NCBI GenBank assembly: GCA_963715985.1
Contig: CAVQSP010000014.1
Location: forward strand, 480,001 to 544,000
Source of the DNA: an uncultured Thermoleophilia bacterium
Lineage (GTDB): Bacteria; Actinomycetota; Thermoleophilia; UBA2241
Length of the DNA: 64,000 nucleotides
Direction of reading: 5' to 3'
A program made the translations under genes and the position numbers. Below, piece by piece: positions 62,906 through 64,000 of the stretch (position 1 is its first letter; every line of letters begins with the position of its first letter). The notes under the pieces were generated by a model. It searched no databases and was not told the origin of the DNA. It saw only the letters and a program-made list of their open reading frames with translations.

Positions 62906-64000
62906 GCACGACCGACGTAGCGGGGGCGAGCCGGGAGACAGCCGCCCCGCAGCTGGAGATCATGTCCGGCAACGAGGCCATCGCCCGCGGCGCCTGGGAG
63001 GCGGGCGTACGCTTCGCCTCGGCCTATCCCGGCACGCCGAGCACCGAGATCATGGAGAACCTCGCCGGCTACGACGGCGTGTACGCCGAGTGGGCGCCCA
63101 ACGAGAAGGTCGCCGTCGAGGCCGCCACCGGCGCGTCCATGGCGGGCGCCCGCGCCCTGGCGTGCATGAAGCACGTGGGCCTCAACGTCGCCGCCGACCC
63201 GTTCTTCTCGTCCTCGCACGTGGGCGTGACCGGCGGGCTTGTGATCGTCTCCGCCGACGACCCCGCCATGCACAGCTCGCAGGACGAGCAGGACAACCGC
63301 AACTACGCCAAGTTCGCGAAGATGCCCATGATCGAGGCGTCCGACGCCGACGAGATGCTCCAGTTCATCAAAGCGGCGTACGAGCTCAGCGAGTCGTTCG
63401 ACACGCCGGTGCTGTTCCGTACCACCACACGCACGTCGCACGCCCAAGGCGTGGCGCGGCTGGGCGAGCGGGTCCCCGAGGCCGAGCCACTCCTCACCCT
63501 CGACCGCGACCCCGCCAAGCACATCATGATGCCGCACAACGCGACCAAGCGGCACGTCTTCATCGAACAGCGCCTTCTGGACCTGGCCGAGTGGGCGGAG
63601 ACCACCGACCTGAACCGCGTGGAGATGGGCGACACCCGCGTCGGCATCGTCACCTCCGGCGCCGCCTACGGCTCCGCCAGGGAGGCGTTCCCGCGGGCCA
63701 GCTTCCTCAAGCTCGGCTTCACGTACCCGCTGCCTCGCCGCCTCATCGCCGACTTCCGCGCCAAGGTCGACAAGCTGTACGTGGTGGAGGAGCTCGATCC
63801 GTTCCTCGAGGAGCTCATCCGCCTGCAGGGCGTGCAGGTCGACGGCGGCAAGGACCTGCTGCCGCTGTGCGGCGAGTTCAACCCCGGCCTCGTGGCTCGC
63901 GCCCTCTCCGAGGCCGGCGTGCCCGGCGTGGACGAAGCGCTGCTGGTGGTGCCGGCCCCGGCGGCCGACGACCTGCCCGACCGGCCGCCGACCCTGTGCC
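62902..64000 (+). CDS. iorA: indolepyruvate:ferredoxin oxidoreductase alpha subunit (runs off window)
   Basis: MSGNEAIARGA.EAG....AYPGTPSTEI, NEKVA.E, MKHVGLNVAADP, DDP.MHSSQ.EQD.R, VVEE.DP.LE, RPPTLC. Confidence 0.92.
   Translation, partial: MSTTDVAGASRETAAPQLEIMSGNEAIARGAWEAGVRFASAYPGTPSTEIMENLAGYDGVYAEWAPNEKVAVEAATGASMAGARALACMKHVGLNVAADPFFSSSHVGVTGGLVIVSADDPAMHSSQDEQDNRNYAKFAKMPMIEASDADEMLQFIKAAYELSESFDTPVLFRTTTRTSHAQGVARLGERVPEAEPLLTLDRDPAKHIMMPHNATKRHVFIEQRLLDLAEWAETTDLNRVEMGDTRVGIVTSGAAYGSAREAFPRASFLKLGFTYPLPRRLIADFRAKVDKLYVVEELDPFLEELIRLQGVQVDGGKDLLPLCGEFNPGLVARALSEAGVPGVDEALLVVPAPAADDLPDRPPTLC

Overview
GC-rich (about 70%) bacterial DNA. Gene content and order suggest an anaerobic or facultative Actinomycetota, possibly Thermoleophilia-like (inference). 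Positions 1-13.4 kb are housekeeping genes: plsY end, gpsA, an inserted M6 metalloprotease, metK, priA, def, fmt, rsmB, rpe, an FMN riboswitch and ribD-ribE-ribBA-ribH. From 13.6 kb to the window end lies one continuous anaerobic catabolic island with six Mo/W-pterin catalytic subunits from three enzyme families. These are a xanthine-oxidase-family enzyme whose FAD subunit carries a GltD-like NAD(P)H module inserted in its [4Fe-4S] loop, an aldehyde:ferredoxin oxidoreductase, three pyrogallol-transhydroxylase (PgtL/AthL)-like paralogs, and a Cys-ligated acetylene-hydratase-clade enzyme with an NrfC/NrfD membrane module. The island also encodes an amine-dehydrogenase-like enzyme, a 3-hydroxyacyl dehydrogenase/BKACE/SDR/thiolase/twin-cyclase operon, a CoA-transferase/OB-fold/thiolase/crotonase block, an aminotransferase plus MoaF, a LIV-type ABC transporter with two binding proteins, an ADP-forming acyl-CoA synthetase and iorA. 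It has three paralogous IclR regulators and one FadR, and a shared TGATAT-N4-ATATCA palindrome lies at four promoters. Best hypothesis: an uncharacterised anaerobic polyphenol/(hydroxy)aromatic degradation and respiration system. Roughly two dozen single-base frameshifts, including in essential genes, look like long-read assembly errors, so gene boundaries across them are reconstructed by eye.
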